Shown: positions 42,428 to 53,430, numbered from the stretch's first letter. The stretch is 64,000 nt of DNA from Alphaproteobacteria bacterium (GCA_964291285.2 OZ219787.1:832001-896000), one strand, 5' to 3'. A program made the numbers and translations. The notes: a model not told the origin generated them from the letters alone.

Positions 42428-42510
42428 GGCAGCAGCCTCACAAAGACGTGGGGGTGATGCGTGATGCTTAAGCATCAAACATCACCTGTCAAGGCGCGGA
42501 CATGTTCGCG

Positions 42511-43614
42511 TTACAGGTTGAAGCGGAAGAGCAGCACGTCGCCGTCCTGCACCACGTAGTCGCGGCCCTCGACGCGCATGCGCCCCGCTTCCTTCGCGCC
42601 GCGCTCTCCGCCGCAGGCCACATAGTCCTCGAAGGCGATGGTTTCGGCGCGGATGAAGCCGCGTTCGAAATCGGTGTGGACGCGGCCCGCCGCCTCGGGC
42701 GCGGTCGCGCCGGCGGTCACCGTCCAGGCGCGGGCCTCCTTCGGGCCGGCGGTTATGAAGGTGATGAGGCCGAGCAGCCGGTAGCCGGCGCGGATCACCC
42801 GGTCGAGGCCGGACTCCTCAAGGCCGAGCGTCTCGAGGAACGCCCCGCGCTCCCCGGCGTCGCCCAGCACGGCGATCTCCGCTTCGACCGCGGCCGACAC
42901 GGTGACGCATGCCGCACCCTCGCGAACCGCGCGCGCCGCCGCCTGCCGCGAGAAATCGTTGCCCGCCGCTGCATCCGCTTCGCCGACATTGCACACATAG
43001 AGCACCGGCTTGGCGGTCAGCAATTGCAGACCCTCGAAGGCCGCCCGGTCGTCGTCGCGGTCGAAGCGGACACTGCGCGCCGGCCTGCCCGCCTCCAGCG
43101 CTTCGAGCACGGGCGCCATCGTGCGGGCCGCGACCTTCTGTTCCTCGTCGCCCGCCGCCGCGCGCTTCTTCGCCTGGTCGAAGCGCCGGTCCAGGCTTTC
43201 GAGGTCCGCCAGCATGAGCTCGGTCTCGACCGTCTCGGCATCGCGCACCGGATCGATTCCGCTCTCCACATGCGTCACGCCCCCGTCCTCGAAGCAGCGC
43301 AGCACATGGGCGATGGCGTCCACCTCGCGGATATTGGCGAGGAAGCGGTTGCCGAGCCCCTCGCCGCGGGATGCGCCGCGCACCAGCCCGGCGATATCGA
43401 CGAACTCAAGGAAGGTCGGCTGCACGCTCGGCGCCCCCGCAAGGCCGGCGACCCTTTCCAGCCGGGCGTCGGGAACCGCGACGCGCCCGACATTCGGCTC
43501 GACCGTGCAGAAGGGATAATTCTCCGCCTGCGCCTGGGCGGTCGCCGTCAGCGCGTTGAAGAGCGTGGATTTGCCGACATTCGGCAGGCCCACAATGCCG
43601 CATCTGAAGCCCAT
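42511..43614 (-). CDS. ychF: Redox-regulated ATPase YchF
   Basis: GIVGLPNVGKSTLFNAL, DIAGLV, HTDFERGFIRAE. Confidence 0.97.
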   Translation of the reverse strand: MGFRCGIVGLPNVGKSTLFNALTATAQAQAENYPFCTVEPNVGRVAVPDARLERVAGLAGAPSVQPTFLEFVDIAGLVRGASRGEGLGNRFLANIREVDAIAHVLRCFEDGGVTHVESGIDPVRDAETVETELMLADLESLDRRFDQAKKRAAAGDEEQKVAARTMAPVLEALEAGRPARSVRFDRDDDRAAFEGLQLLTAKPVLYVCNVGEADAAAGNDFSRQAAARAVREGAACVTVSAAVEAEIAVLGDAGERGAFLETLGLEESGLDRVIRAGYRLLGLITFITAGPKEARAWTVTAGATAPEAAGRVHTDFERGFIRAETIAFEDYVACGGERGAKEAGRMRVEGRDYVVQDGDVLLFRFNL

Positions 43615-43620
43615 GCCCCG

Positions 43621-44217
43621 TCAGGCCTCCGGGGCCGGCGCATCGGGGGGCGGACGGGTCAGGATCGCCACCCGGTTCATGAAGTTCGCGTCGTCGTTCT
43701 CCGCCAGCAGATCGGCCGAGCGCGCCACCGCGTCCAGCATGAGCATGAGCCAGCCCGAGTCCTCCGAGTCGAAGGCGTGCAGCACATGGCCGGTCACGCG
43801 CCTCGAATCGCCCGGATGCCCGATGCCGAGGCGCACGCGGCGATAGCCCGGGCCGATAATGCGGTCGATGCTGCCGAGCCCGTTATGGCCGGCCGACCCG
43901 CCGCCCCGTTTCACGCGCAGCTTGCCGGCCGCCAGGTCGAGCTCATCGTGGAAGACCACCACCTGGGCAAGGCCCGGCTTGTAGAACTGCATGGCCGCAG
44001 AGACGGCGCGGCCGGACTGGTTCATGAAGGTCTGCGGCTTGAGCAGCGCCACGCGCTCCCCTCCGAGCCGGCCCTCGCTCACCAGGCCGCGAAACCGCTT
44101 GCGGAACGGCGGGAAACCGTGCCGGTTCGCGATCGCGTCCAGCGCCATGAACCCGATATTGTGCCGGTGGCGGGCGTATTTCGGGCCGGGATTGCCGAGC
44201 CCGACAAAGAGATGCAC
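43621..44217 (-). CDS. pth: Peptidyl-tRNA hydrolase
   Basis: VGLGNPG, RHNIGF, KPQTFMN, HDELDL, GHNGL. Confidence 0.97.
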   Translation of the reverse strand: MHLFVGLGNPGPKYARHRHNIGFMALDAIANRHGFPPFRKRFRGLVSEGRLGGERVALLKPQTFMNQSGRAVSAAMQFYKPGLAQVVVFHDELDLAAGKLRVKRGGGSAGHNGLGSIDRIIGPGYRRVRLGIGHPGDSRRVTGHVLHAFDSEDSGWLMLMLDAVARSADLLAENDDANFMNRVAILTRPPPDAPAPEA

Positions 44218-44244
44218 GGCAGCCGGCCTCCCTTGCCCGGACGA

Positions 44245-44901
44245 TCAGTCGGAGGCGGGCTCCTCGCCGCCTTCCTCTTCGCCCTCCTGGCCTTCTTCCT
44301 CGCCTTCCTCGGCCTCTTCCTCGTCGTCCAGGCCGCCGGCAGGCGCCGAAATCGAGACGATCAGCGGGTCGTCATCGCCCGCGGGACGCACGCCTTCCGG
44401 CAGCACGATTTCCGAGAGCCGGACGCCGCTGCCGATCTCCAGCGCCGCAATGTCCACCTCCAGCGCTTCCGGAATGCTGTCCGCGCGGCAGACGACCTCG
44501 ACATCGTATTGCGCGACGGCGAGCGTGCCGCCCGCGCGCAAGCCGACACAGTCGTCCTGGCCCAGCAGCGACACCGGCACCCTCACATTCAGTTCCGAGG
44601 CCGCCGACACGCGCATGAAATCGACATGCAGGGGACGGTCGGTCACCGGATGGCGCTGGACCTCCTTCGGAATGACGCGCTCGCGGCCGGAGCCCTCGAT
44701 CTCCAGATCGAGCAATGTGGCGGTGAAGCCGCCGCGGCCCATCAGCCAGCGCAGCCGGCGGTCCTCGACGGACACCTTCTCCGGCTCCTTGCTGCCGCCA
44801 TAGACGATGGCCGGCACCCGGCCCTCGCGGCGCAGCGCCCGCGCCGGCCCCGTGCCGGCGCCCTGCCGCGGCAATGCGGCGAGAATGGCGTTTTCGCTCA
44901 T
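44245..44901 (-). CDS. rplY: 50S ribosomal protein L25/Ctc
   Basis: ARALRREGRVPAIVYG, VQRHPVTDRPLHVDF; acidic tail. Confidence 0.96.
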   Translation of the reverse strand: MSENAILAALPRQGAGTGPARALRREGRVPAIVYGGSKEPEKVSVEDRRLRWLMGRGGFTATLLDLEIEGSGRERVIPKEVQRHPVTDRPLHVDFMRVSAASELNVRVPVSLLGQDDCVGLRAGGTLAVAQYDVEVVCRADSIPEALEVDIAALEIGSGVRLSEIVLPEGVRPAGDDDPLIVSISAPAGGLDDEEEAEEGEEEGQEGEEEGGEEPASD

Positions 44902-44934
44902 GGTCTTCCGTTCTTCTTCCTTCTCCCGGCCGGC

Positions 44935-45867
44935 CTAGTTGAACAGGCTCGAGACCGACCGGCTCTGGGTAATCCGCAACACCGCCTCGCCCAGCAGCGG
45001 CCCGATGGCAATCTGCCGGATATTCTCCGCATCCTGCATCGCCTGCGTCGCCTCGATGCTGTCCGTCGTCACCAGCATGTCTATCGGCGACGCCGTGACC
45101 CGGTCCACCGCCCCGCCCGACAGCACGCCGTGCGAGACATAGGCCGAGACGGCGCTCGCCCCCTCCTCCATCAACGCCACCGCGGCGTTGCACAGGGTGC
45201 CGGCGCTGTCCACGATGTCATCGAATATGACGCAGCGCCGCCCGCCGACCTCGCCGATGATGTTCATCACCTCGGAAACGCCGGCGCGCGGGCGGCGCTT
45301 GTCGATGATTGCAAGCTCGCTGTCAAGGCGCCTCGCAAGCGCGCGGGCGCGCACGACGCCGCCGACATCGGGCGAAACGACAACCAGCGCCTCATCGTTG
45401 AATGTCTGCTTCAGGTCGGCGGCGAACACGGGCGCGGCGAACAGATTGTCCGTCGGTATGTCGAAGAAGCCCTGGATCTGGCCGGCATGGAGGTCCATGG
45501 TCAGCACCCGGTGGGCGCCCGCCGTGGTTATCAGGTTGGCGACCAGCTTGGCCGAGATCGGCGTGCGCGAGCCTGTCTTGCGGTCCTGCCGGGCGTAGCC
45601 GAAATAGGGGATGACGGCAGTGATCCGGCGCGCCGAGGCCCGTTTCAGCGCGTCGATGGCCACCAGCAATTCCATCAGCGTGTCGTTGGCCGGGAAGGAG
45701 GTGGACTGGACCAGGAACACGTCCTCGCCGCGGACATTCTCCTCGATCTCGACGAAGACTTCCTTGTCGGAGAAATTCCTGATGCTGGCCGCGGTCAGCG
45801 GCACTTCCAGATAGTCGGCGATCGCCTGGGCGAGTGGTCGATTGCTGTTGCCTGCAATAACCTTCAT
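44935..45867 (-). CDS. prs: Ribose-phosphate pyrophosphokinase
   Basis: [39 protein letters not shown]. Confidence 0.97.
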   Translation of the reverse strand: MKVIAGNSNRPLAQAIADYLEVPLTAASIRNFSDKEVFVEIEENVRGEDVFLVQSTSFPANDTLMELLVAIDALKRASARRITAVIPYFGYARQDRKTGSRTPISAKLVANLITTAGAHRVLTMDLHAGQIQGFFDIPTDNLFAAPVFAADLKQTFNDEALVVVSPDVGGVVRARALARRLDSELAIIDKRRPRAGVSEVMNIIGEVGGRRCVIFDDIVDSAGTLCNAAVALMEEGASAVSAYVSHGVLSGGAVDRVTASPIDMLVTTDSIEATQAMQDAENIRQIAIGPLLGEAVLRITQSRSVSSLFN

Positions 45868-45937
45868 GCGTCCCGCCGCCCCTCTCCCCCGGACGGCGCG
45901 GAACCTAACAGTGCGCCCCGGGGCTGTAAATGCCGGT

Positions 45938-46474
45938 TCATATGCGTGTCGAGAGCGCGATTGCGAGTTTCGAGGCGGTGTTTACGGCACGGTAGAGCAG
46001 GCCGTAGGCCGGCGCCTGTTCCGCCCCGGCGTCGAGCGCCGTGTCGCGGTGCTCCAGCTCTTCGGCCCGGAACTCCTCGATGGCCGCGGCCAGCTCCGGC
46101 TCCCCGCCCTCCAGTTCTTCAAGCTGGCCCGCATAGTGCTCGTCTATGGCCTCCTCGACCGCGACGGTGCAGGCCATCGCCGCCCGCTCGCCGAGCGCGG
46201 CCGTGGCGGCGCCGAGCGCGAAGCCGGCAAGATGCCAGAGCGGCTGCAGGGCGGTCGGCCGCACCCGCCGGGCGGCGAGTTCGGCCTCGAAATAGGCCAG
46301 GTGGCGGGCCTCCTGCCGCGCCATGTGCCGGAGCGCCGGCCCCGCCGGCCCGCGCCCGAGCACCGCAAGCTGGCCCTCATAGATGCGCCGGGCGCCGTAT
46401 TCGCCCGCATGGTTGACGCGGACCATCGCCTCGATGCGCTCTTTCCGCGTCGGGTCTCCGGGAAGGCGCTTCAT
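45938..46474 (-). CDS. coq7: Demethoxyubiquinone hydroxylase
   Basis: [31 protein letters not shown]. Confidence 0.93.
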   Translation of the reverse strand: MKRLPGDPTRKERIEAMVRVNHAGEYGARRIYEGQLAVLGRGPAGPALRHMARQEARHLAYFEAELAARRVRPTALQPLWHLAGFALGAATAALGERAAMACTVAVEEAIDEHYAGQLEELEGGEPELAAAIEEFRAEELEHRDTALDAGAEQAPAYGLLYRAVNTASKLAIALSTRI

Positions 46475-46962
46475 GCCGCTGTGCTCCTCATGGCCGGAAC
46501 CCTGCGCCGGAGAGCGCCGGCCGCCATGCCTGCCAGCGCCAGCGAAAGCAGGCCGTTCCAGGCCGCCATGGAGAGGCCGAGGAACGACCACGCGACCTCG
46601 TCGCAGCGCGCGGGCGCCGCATTGAGCAGGCGTTCGCGCAGCTCCGCGACCGTGTCCGCCGGAGGGCCGCCCTCGCAGGCGGCGAGGCCTGCCCACCAGT
46701 GCTGCTCGACGCCCGCATGAAAGCCCGCAAGGCCCGCCCCCGCAAGCGCGGCCACGCCCGCAAGCGCCAGGAGGGCCGCCGCGGCCGGGCCCCGGAACCC
46801 CAGGGAGGCGGCCGCGAGCAAGGCGGTCGCGACATGCGGCCAGCGCTGCCAGATGCAGAGCGGGCATGGCTCCAGGCCTCCCAGATGCTGGAAGCCGAAT
46901 GCCGCGGCGAGCGCCGCCAGGCTGCCGCCGGCCAGCGCCGCCGGATGGAACAGGAACCGCAT
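46471..46962 (-). CDS. dsbB: Disulfide bond formation protein B
   Basis: PCPLCIWQRWP, FHAGVE..WW, RCDEVAW, LSMAAWN. Confidence 0.9.
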   Translation of the reverse strand: MRFLFHPAALAGGSLAALAAAFGFQHLGGLEPCPLCIWQRWPHVATALLAAASLGFRGPAAAALLALAGVAALAGAGLAGFHAGVEQHWWAGLAACEGGPPADTVAELRERLLNAAPARCDEVAWSFLGLSMAAWNGLLSLALAGMAAGALRRRVPAMRSTAA

Positions 46963-47540
46963 CACAGCACCTTCAACAGCAGGAAGCCTGCCACGAGCAG
47001 CACCGCGAAGGCGAGCGCCAACGGTCCGAGCCGGCGCTCGATGAAGGCCCTGAGCGGCGCGCCGAAACGCCAGAGGAGCGCGGCCACGATGAAAAAGCGC
47101 AGCCCCCTGCCGGCCGCCGAGGCGAGGGCGAAGGTGGCGAGGTCGGTGCCGGCAACGCCGCTGGCGATGGTGAACACCTTGTAGGGGATGGGCGAAAAGG
47201 CCGCGGTGAAGACAATGAGGCCGCCATGGGCGTTGTAGAGCGCCTGCGCTTCCGCGAACGCCTCCCCGTAATCGTAGAATTCGAGCACCGGCGCGCCCAC
47301 GGCCTGGAAGAGGAACGCGCCGATGCCGTAGCCCGCCGCGCCGCCCGCGACGGACGCGCCGGTGCAGACCGCCGCGTAGCGCCACGCCCGCTCCGGCGCG
47401 GCCAGCACCATCGGAATGAGCAGCGCATCCACCGGCACGGGGAAGACGACGCTCTCCGCGAAGGCGACCGCCGCGAGCAGCCAGACCGCGTGCGGGTGCC
47501 CGGCGAGGCGCATGGTTCCGTCGTAGAGGCGGCGCAGCAT
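46962..47540 (-). CDS. DedA/YqaA-family membrane protein
   Basis: FAESVVFPVPVD, SPIPYKVFTIASG, GRGLRFF. Confidence 0.9.
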   Translation of the reverse strand: MLRRLYDGTMRLAGHPHAVWLLAAVAFAESVVFPVPVDALLIPMVLAAPERAWRYAAVCTGASVAGGAAGYGIGAFLFQAVGAPVLEFYDYGEAFAEAQALYNAHGGLIVFTAAFSPIPYKVFTIASGVAGTDLATFALASAAGRGLRFFIVAALLWRFGAPLRAFIERRLGPLALAFAVLLVAGFLLLKVL

Positions 47541-47645
47541 GATGCAGGCCGAAATAGCCGCGCCCGACCGGACGGGCAATGCGGCCCCTGCTGCAGCCGG
47601 CCTCCGGAACATGCCCGTGGAGTGGGCCCCTTGGGTCGGACAGTT

Positions 47646-48440
47646 TCAAGCGGCATTTTTGACAGGGTTGCGATGTTGTTTTTCCTCGAAGCGGTTTGGG
47701 CTCAGATATCCGAGCGCGGAGTGCAGGCGTCTGTGGTTGTAGCTGTCGATGAAGCGTGGCAGTTGCCTTGCGACGTCATCGGCGGTCTCGAAGGCCATGG
47801 GATAGACGCCTTCGACCTTCAGGGTTTTCATGAAGCTCTCCATCATGGCGTTGTCGTAGGGGTTGGCTCGTCGTCCCATGGAGCCGACCATCCCGTGTTT
47901 GTCGAGCCGGGTCCGGTAGGCATGGGCGGCGTATTGCGAGCCCCTGTCGGAGTGGTGGATGCAGCCGGGCTGAGGGCTTCGGTTCCCGATCGCCTTGTCG
48001 AGCGCCGCGAGCGTCAGGCGCGCGTCGATGCGTTGCCCGAGCGCGTAGCCGACAATGCGGCGCGACCAGGCGTCCATGACCGCCGCCAGATAGACGAAGC
48101 CGTCCAGGATGGCGATGTAGGTCAGGTCGGCGACCCAGAGCCGGTTCGGGCCCTCGACCTCGCAGTCCCGGGACCGGTCCGGGAAGACCGGCCCGTCGTG
48201 GCCGCTGTCCGTGGTGGCGACAAAGCGGCGCTTGCGCGGCGGCTGCAGGGCGTGTTCGCGCATCAGCCGCCTGACCTTCTTGTGGTTGACGGTCCGGCCC
48301 CGGTGGCGAAGTTCCGCCTGCATGCGCCGCCAGCCATAGGCCTCGAACTCGTCCTTGATCTCGTGCATCGCCTCGACCAGGGCGGTGTCGTCGACCGGGC
48401 TCTGCGGCTCGCGGTAACAGGTGGAGCGCGCGATCCCCAT
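47646..48440 (-). CDS. IS3-family transposase OrfB (DDE)
   Basis: YGWRRM, WVADLTY, HHSDRGSQY, DNAMMESF, YNHRRLHSALGY. Confidence 0.93.
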   Translation of the reverse strand: MGIARSTCYREPQSPVDDTALVEAMHEIKDEFEAYGWRRMQAELRHRGRTVNHKKVRRLMREHALQPPRKRRFVATTDSGHDGPVFPDRSRDCEVEGPNRLWVADLTYIAILDGFVYLAAVMDAWSRRIVGYALGQRIDARLTLAALDKAIGNRSPQPGCIHHSDRGSQYAAHAYRTRLDKHGMVGSMGRRANPYDNAMMESFMKTLKVEGVYPMAFETADDVARQLPRFIDSYNHRRLHSALGYLSPNRFEEKQHRNPVKNAA

Positions 48441-48790
48441 CAGTCGGCATCCTTCGGCGACGGAGAGGCCTCGGGGCCGGCGATCACGGACATGGGCGCG
48501 CGCCTCGACCGCCGTCCTTGCCGCAAAGCCCCCTTTAGGAACTCCAGCTCCGCGGCCTGCCGGCCGACCAGCCGTTCGAGCGTCGCGATCCGGGCCTCAT
48601 ACGCCCGGAGCGTGTCAGCCGCCTCGGCCTCCTCATCGAAGGCGCCGGCCTCGTATTTCTCCAGCCACAGCCGGATCAGGGTGCGAGACAGGTCATGACG
48701 GCGGGCCAGACCGTAAAACGTCTCGCCTGCCAGATACTCCTCAACGACCTGGCGCTTGAAGGCCATGCTGTGCGTGCGGTGCTTCCTCAT
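48440..48790 (-). CDS. IS3-family transposase OrfA (HTH)
   Basis: RTHSMAFKRQVV, LARRHDLS, LERLVGRQAAELEFLK; TGATG overlap with orfB. Confidence 0.9.
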   Translation of the reverse strand: MRKHRTHSMAFKRQVVEEYLAGETFYGLARRHDLSRTLIRLWLEKYEAGAFDEEAEAADTLRAYEARIATLERLVGRQAAELEFLKGALRQGRRSRRAPMSVIAGPEASPSPKDAD

Positions 48791-48873
48791 CGGCGTCGAT
48801 CCTTCCAATGACCGCGCACCTGTCAATTTCCTACAACAAAACTGTCCGAGACCAGGGGCCCACTCCACCGGAG

Positions 48874-48931
48874 TGTCATGAAATGTCATGTTTTGTCATG
48901 CGGCCCTCCGGAAATGTCATGTTCTGTCATG
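48874..48931. repeat. 10-bp-period TGTCATG repeats (reverse complement of the 38670-38763 motif)
   Basis: TGTCATGaaaTGTCATGtttTGTCATG, a gap, then TGTCATGttcTGTCATG. Confidence 0.85.
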
Positions 48932-48977
48932 GTCCGCCTCACCCCTCCTCGTCACCCTCGGCTCTCACCTGTCCCAC

Positions 48978-49103
48978 CCCTCATCCTGAGTAGCGACCGC
49001 GCTAGCGGGCGCGTATCGAAGGACCGCCCCGAACTGCCGGCAGCCGTCCTTCGATACGCGCCGGCCTTCGCAGGACGAAGGCCGGCGCTACTCAGGATGA
49101 GGG
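48978..49103. repeat. Long imperfect palindrome (REP/MITE-like)
   Basis: CCCTCATCCTGAGTAGCG...CGCGTATCGAAGGAC pairs with GTCCTTCGATACGCG...CGCTACTCAGGATGAGGG; its right arm recurs at 57194-57216. Confidence 0.8.
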
Positions 49104-49315
49104 ACACCGGGCAGTCGAACCCGGGCCATGAGTCCTGCCCGCTAAATCCAAACCGGACAGCAGTGGCTCGGGGGCCGGGGTGACGGTTGAGGGCCGGGAT
49201 GGGAGGCCATCCTGTCCGCCCGGCCGCCGCCTGTCCGTATCCTGCATGCTGTTCCTCCATCGCGTTCCGTTCCGTTCCTCCCGCCGCCGGCTCGCCCGGC
49301 GCGGCGGGACCCTAG

Positions 49316-51329
49316 CCCGACTTCCGCAACTCGGCTTGAGAATCGACTGATTTGACGGTTTTCCGGCGCGAGAAGTGTCGGATTTCGGTGCAGTACCTCT
49401 CGGGACCGGCTTGTAGTGCCGACCTACCCCCTTGATCGGGCTGGCGAAGATCCGGACGCTGCGCTGATGTTCGTGCGCTGCAAGAGACGCTTCAAGGACG
49501 GCAAGGAGCACCGCTACTGGAGCGTTGTGGAGAACGTCCGGGTCCACGGCGGTCGGGTTGTTCAGCGTCAGGTGCTCTATCTCGGGGAGATCAACGACAG
49601 CCAGCGAGCGGCGTGGTGCCGCTCGATCGAGGTGGTGGAGGGCAAGTCGCGATCACGGCAGATGGCGCTGTTTCCCGAGGACCGGGAGGCGCCGGCGCTG
49701 ACTTGCGAAGTGGTGAAGATCGACCTCTCGCAGGTGGCGCTTCACGACCCGCGCCAGTGGGGGGCGTGCTGGCTGGCGCTGTCCTTGTGGGACCGCCTGG
49801 ACCTGGACCGCTTCTGGGAAGAGCGGCTGCCGGCGAGCCGGCAAGGCACGCGGTGGCTGGACATCCTGAAGATCCAGGTCTGCTACCGGCTGATCGACCC
49901 GGGCAGCGAGTGGCGCCTTCACCGTCACTGGTATGAGCACAGCGCGCTTCGCGATCTTCTGGGTGGCGAGCGGGCGATCGCCGACGACACACTCTATCGC
50001 TGTCTCGACAAGCTGCTGGCGCACAAGCAGGGCTTCTTCTCGTTTCTGCGCGACCGCTGGGCGACGCTGTTCGAGGCGCGCTTCGACGTGCTGCTCTACG
50101 ACCTGACCTCGACCTACTTCGAGAGCGATCCGCCGTTCGATGACAAGCGCCGCTTCGGCTACAGCCGGGACAAGCGGCCCGACTGCGTGCAGGTGGTGAT
50201 CGCCCTGATCGTTACGCCGCAGGGCTTTCCGCTGGCCTATGAGGTGATGCCGGGCAACACCTCCGACGACACCACGCTGGCGGCGTTCCTCAAGAAGATC
50301 GAGGATCAGTATGGCCGCTCCGAGCGGGTGTGGATCATGGACCGCGGCATCCCCACCGAGGAGACGCTGGCCGCGATGCGCGAGGGCGAGGCGCCGGTGC
50401 GCTACCTGGTGGGCACGCCCAAGGGCCGGCTGACGCGGCTCGAGAAGGTGTTCCTGGGCCTGCCCTGGCAGGAGGTGCGCCAGTCCGTGACTGTCAAGCT
50501 TCTGGTCGAGGATGGCGAGCTCTACGTCCTGGTGCGCAGCGAGGGGCGGCAGGTGAAGGAACGCGGCATGCGCCGGCGCCGGCTGAAGAGGCTGTGGCGT
50601 CGATTGGCCGAGTTGCAAGGGCAGTCGAACAGCCGGGATCAGTTGTTGCTCAAGCTCGGCGCCGCCAGGAAGGAGGCCGGCCGGGCCTGGAGCCTGGTCG
50701 ACATCACCGTGCCCGGGACCGACAGCGAACTCGCCGCCAACGGCTTCTCATTCCGCCTGCAGCGCGACCGGCTGCGCCAGGTCCGCCGCCGCGAGGGCCG
50801 TTACCTGCTGCGATCCAACATGGTCGCCGAAGACCCCGCCACGCTGTGGCATCTGTACATGCAGCTCGTCGAGATCGAGCAGGCGTTCAAGGAACTCAAG
50901 CACGACCTCGCGATCCGCCCCATCTTCCATCAGCGCCAAGAGCGCATCGAGGCGCATATCTTCGTCTCGTTCATCGCCTACTGCCTGCTGGTGACCCTGA
51001 AGAACCTCGCCCGGCCGCGCGCCCCGGGCCTCACCCCACGCGCCATCCTTGAGGCCTTCGCCACCATCCAGATGGTGGACGTCCATCTGCCAACCACCGA
51101 CGGCCGGCACCTCGTCCTGCCGCGCCACACCCGGCCGAACAAGGAGCACGAGCTACTGCTGCAACAGCTCGGCATGACCTGGCCGCAGCAACCCGCACCC
51201 CGGATCTCCGCCTGACGGCACACGGCGCCGCCTCTCCGTTCGCCGCCTTGTAGTGCCGACCCTCGGGGAGACGATCAAGGCTATTCAATGAGTTAGCATC
51301 CTCATGACCCCCGAGTTGCGGAAGTCGGG
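49316..51329 (+). mobile_element. IS1634-family insertion sequence, copy 5
   Basis: Same IRs and 2014-bp length; CTAG on both sides. Confidence 0.97.
49467..51215 (+). CDS. IS1634-family DDE transposase
   Basis: Protein identical to the other copies. Confidence 0.95.
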   Translation: MFVRCKRRFKDGKEHRYWSVVENVRVHGGRVVQRQVLYLGEINDSQRAAWCRSIEVVEGKSRSRQMALFPEDREAPALTCEVVKIDLSQVALHDPRQWGACWLALSLWDRLDLDRFWEERLPASRQGTRWLDILKIQVCYRLIDPGSEWRLHRHWYEHSALRDLLGGERAIADDTLYRCLDKLLAHKQGFFSFLRDRWATLFEARFDVLLYDLTSTYFESDPPFDDKRRFGYSRDKRPDCVQVVIALIVTPQGFPLAYEVMPGNTSDDTTLAAFLKKIEDQYGRSERVWIMDRGIPTEETLAAMREGEAPVRYLVGTPKGRLTRLEKVFLGLPWQEVRQSVTVKLLVEDGELYVLVRSEGRQVKERGMRRRRLKRLWRRLAELQGQSNSRDQLLLKLGAARKEAGRAWSLVDITVPGTDSELAANGFSFRLQRDRLRQVRRREGRYLLRSNMVAEDPATLWHLYMQLVEIEQAFKELKHDLAIRPIFHQRQERIEAHIFVSFIAYCLLVTLKNLARPRAPGLTPRAILEAFATIQMVDVHLPTTDGRHLVLPRHTRPNKEHELLLQQLGMTWPQQPAPRISA

Positions 51330-51377
51330 CTAGGAGCGCCGGATCGTGGTCCCGGGCCGCCTCCGGCCGCGCCGCTG

Positions 51378-52088
51378 ATGCTCAGCCTGGTGGATATCCG
51401 CAAGAGCTACGTGACGGGCCCGGTCACCGTCGACGTCCTCCGGGACGTGCGGCTCGACGTGAAGCGGGGCGACCTGATGTCGATCACGGGGCCGTCCGGC
51501 TGCGGCAAGACCACGCTGATGAACATCATGGGCCTGCTGGACCGGCCCACCGGCGGTTCCTGCCTCCTGGACGGGCAGGATATCTCGGGAATGAGCGACA
51601 ACGAGCTCTCCGACATCCGCAACGCCAGCATCGGTTTCGTGTTCCAGGCGTTTCATCTGCTGCCGCGTCTGACGGCATGGGAGAATGTGGCCCTGCCCCT
51701 GCTATATCGCGGCCTGAGCGGCCCGGTCACCAGGCGCCGCGCGCTGGATGTGCTGGACAGCGTGGGCATGGGAGAACGCGCCAGGCACAGGCCGAACCAG
51801 CTCTCCGGCGGCCAGCAGCAACGGGTGGCCATCGCCCGGGCGCTGGCCGGCGAGCCGGCGATGGTGCTGGCCGACGAACCGACGGGCGCGCTGGACGCCG
51901 ACACGGGCGGGGAGATCATGCGGCTGCTGCTCGACCTGAACGCCGCCCGGCAGCTCACCCTCGTCATCGTCACCCATGACCGGCAGGTCGCCCGGCAGTG
52001 CGTGCGGAACGTCCGCGTGCAGGACGGCGTCCTGCGGGAGCTTCCGGCCGTGCCGGAAGGGGCGGCGGCGGTGCCGGAGCCCTCGTAG
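51378..52088 (+). CDS. MacB/LolD-type ABC transporter ATP-binding protein
   Basis: [62 protein letters not shown]. Confidence 0.93.
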   Translation: MLSLVDIRKSYVTGPVTVDVLRDVRLDVKRGDLMSITGPSGCGKTTLMNIMGLLDRPTGGSCLLDGQDISGMSDNELSDIRNASIGFVFQAFHLLPRLTAWENVALPLLYRGLSGPVTRRRALDVLDSVGMGERARHRPNQLSGGQQQRVAIARALAGEPAMVLADEPTGALDADTGGEIMRLLLDLNAARQLTLVIVTHDRQVARQCVRNVRVQDGVLRELPAVPEGAAAVPEPS

Positions 52089-52098
52089 GCGCGCGCGG

Positions 52099-53295
52099 AT
52101 GGCCCTGCTTCTCGGCACCAATCTCAGGGAAGCGGCGGGCAGCCTGGCCGCCGCCCGGCTGCGCAGCCTGCTCGCGCTGATCGGCATTGCGATCGGCATC
52201 GGCTCGGTGATCGCAATGGTCTCCGTGGGCGAGATCGTCGAGCGGCAGTCCCTCAAGCACTTCGCGGAACTGGGCACCGACATTCTGCTGGTCCACAACC
52301 TCTCGCCTCCCGGCGGGCCGGACGGCCGAAGCCGGGCCACCATCGCCGTCGAGGAAGCCGCCGGGCTCGCGGCGCTCCCCGCCATCGGCGGGGTGGCGCC
52401 TTACATGATCTCCCCGGCGCAGGTCCTCCTCGCCGGCGAGGAAGACACGCGCGTAGCCCTGGTCGGCGCGACGAGGACGCTCGCCGGCCTTACCGGGCTG
52501 CATGTCGAGGAGGGGCGGTTCCTGTCCGATCTCGACGGCCGGCGGTACTATGGCGTGGTCGGGGCGGGAATCGCCGCCTCCATGCGCCGGGCCGGAGCCG
52601 GGCGCGTCGTCGGCGAAACGATCAGGATCGACGACCACGTCTATACCGTCGTGGGCGTGCTGAAAAGCGGGGTCCGGGGTCCGCGGGAGATCCGGGCGGA
52701 CCGCGCGGTATTCATTCCCGTCGGCACGGCGCAGCGGGTGTTTCGCAACCCGGACATCCGCACCGTCATGGCGCGCATGGCCCCCGGCGCCCACCACCTG
52801 GCGGCAGGCGCGCAGGTGCGCGACTATTTTCGCCGCAGGTCGGCGGACCTCGTCATCCATGTCGAAAGCCCGAAGGAGCTGATCGAGAAAATGCAGCAGC
52901 AGTCGCGGCTGTTCACGCTGCTGCTGGGCATGGTGGGCGGCATCTCGCTGCTGGTCGGCGGCATCGGGGTGATGAACGTCATGCTCGTCTCCGTCAGCCA
53001 GCGGCGCCTGGAGATCGGCATAAGGCGGGCCATCGGCGCGCGCCGGAGCCATGTCCAGTGGCAGTTCCTGATCGAGTCGTTCCTGCTGGTGCTGCTGGGC
53101 GGCATCCTCGGGATTGCGCTCGGCGCCGGCGCGACCTGGGCCATCTGCCGCTTCGCCGAGTGGCCGTACCGCGTGTCGACCGAGGCGGCCGGCCTTGCAC
53201 TGGCGGTCACCGCCGCCTGCGGCATCCTGTTCGGCCTCTATCCGGCCCGGCAGGCTTCCCGGCTCGATCCGGTGGCGGCGCTGCGCGGGCGCTGA
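52099..53295 (+). CDS. MacB/FtsX-type ABC transporter permease
   Basis: [19 protein letters not shown], large periplasmic domain, [42 protein letters not shown]. Confidence 0.93.
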   Translation: MALLLGTNLREAAGSLAAARLRSLLALIGIAIGIGSVIAMVSVGEIVERQSLKHFAELGTDILLVHNLSPPGGPDGRSRATIAVEEAAGLAALPAIGGVAPYMISPAQVLLAGEEDTRVALVGATRTLAGLTGLHVEEGRFLSDLDGRRYYGVVGAGIAASMRRAGAGRVVGETIRIDDHVYTVVGVLKSGVRGPREIRADRAVFIPVGTAQRVFRNPDIRTVMARMAPGAHHLAAGAQVRDYFRRRSADLVIHVESPKELIEKMQQQSRLFTLLLGMVGGISLLVGGIGVMNVMLVSVSQRRLEIGIRRAIGARRSHVQWQFLIESFLLVLLGGILGIALGAGATWAICRFAEWPYRVSTEAAGLALAVTAACGILFGLYPARQASRLDPVAALRGR

Positions 53296-53369
53296 CCGCC
53301 GAGCAGCTCCACTATTGAATGCCAATCGCAAGCGTTGCTGCGGAAATTGGCCGATATTTTTATTGAAAT

Positions 53370-53430
53370 GACATCCTAAAGCCGTTTCCTACATGAAAAA
53401 TTAACGAATTATATGCTATGATGAGGCTGA
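53370..53430 (+). promoter_or_regulatory. Candidate promoter of the cysteine-rich protein array
   Basis: AT-rich tract with an extended -10 TGcTATGAT (53414-53422). Confidence 0.4.

Larger units (their letters stand above)
47618..48867 (-). mobile_element. IS3-family insertion sequence (1250 bp)
   Basis: TG...CA ends; imperfect IRs TGGAGTGGGCCCC..TCGGACAGTTT; 3-bp target duplication CCG at 47615-47617 and 48868-48870. Confidence 0.92.

Noticed and set aside
42502-46416. 1304-aa plus-strand ORF (and similar long ORFs at 2007, 8874, 11125 and 15282)
   Set aside because: They are antisense to well-supported genes, typical of high-GC codon bias, and carry no domain motifs.
46471-46962. dsbB as a dedicated part of the Cys-protein system
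   Set aside because: It sits in a housekeeping dedA-dsbB-coq7 run, and its proximity to the array would result from the proposed inversion.
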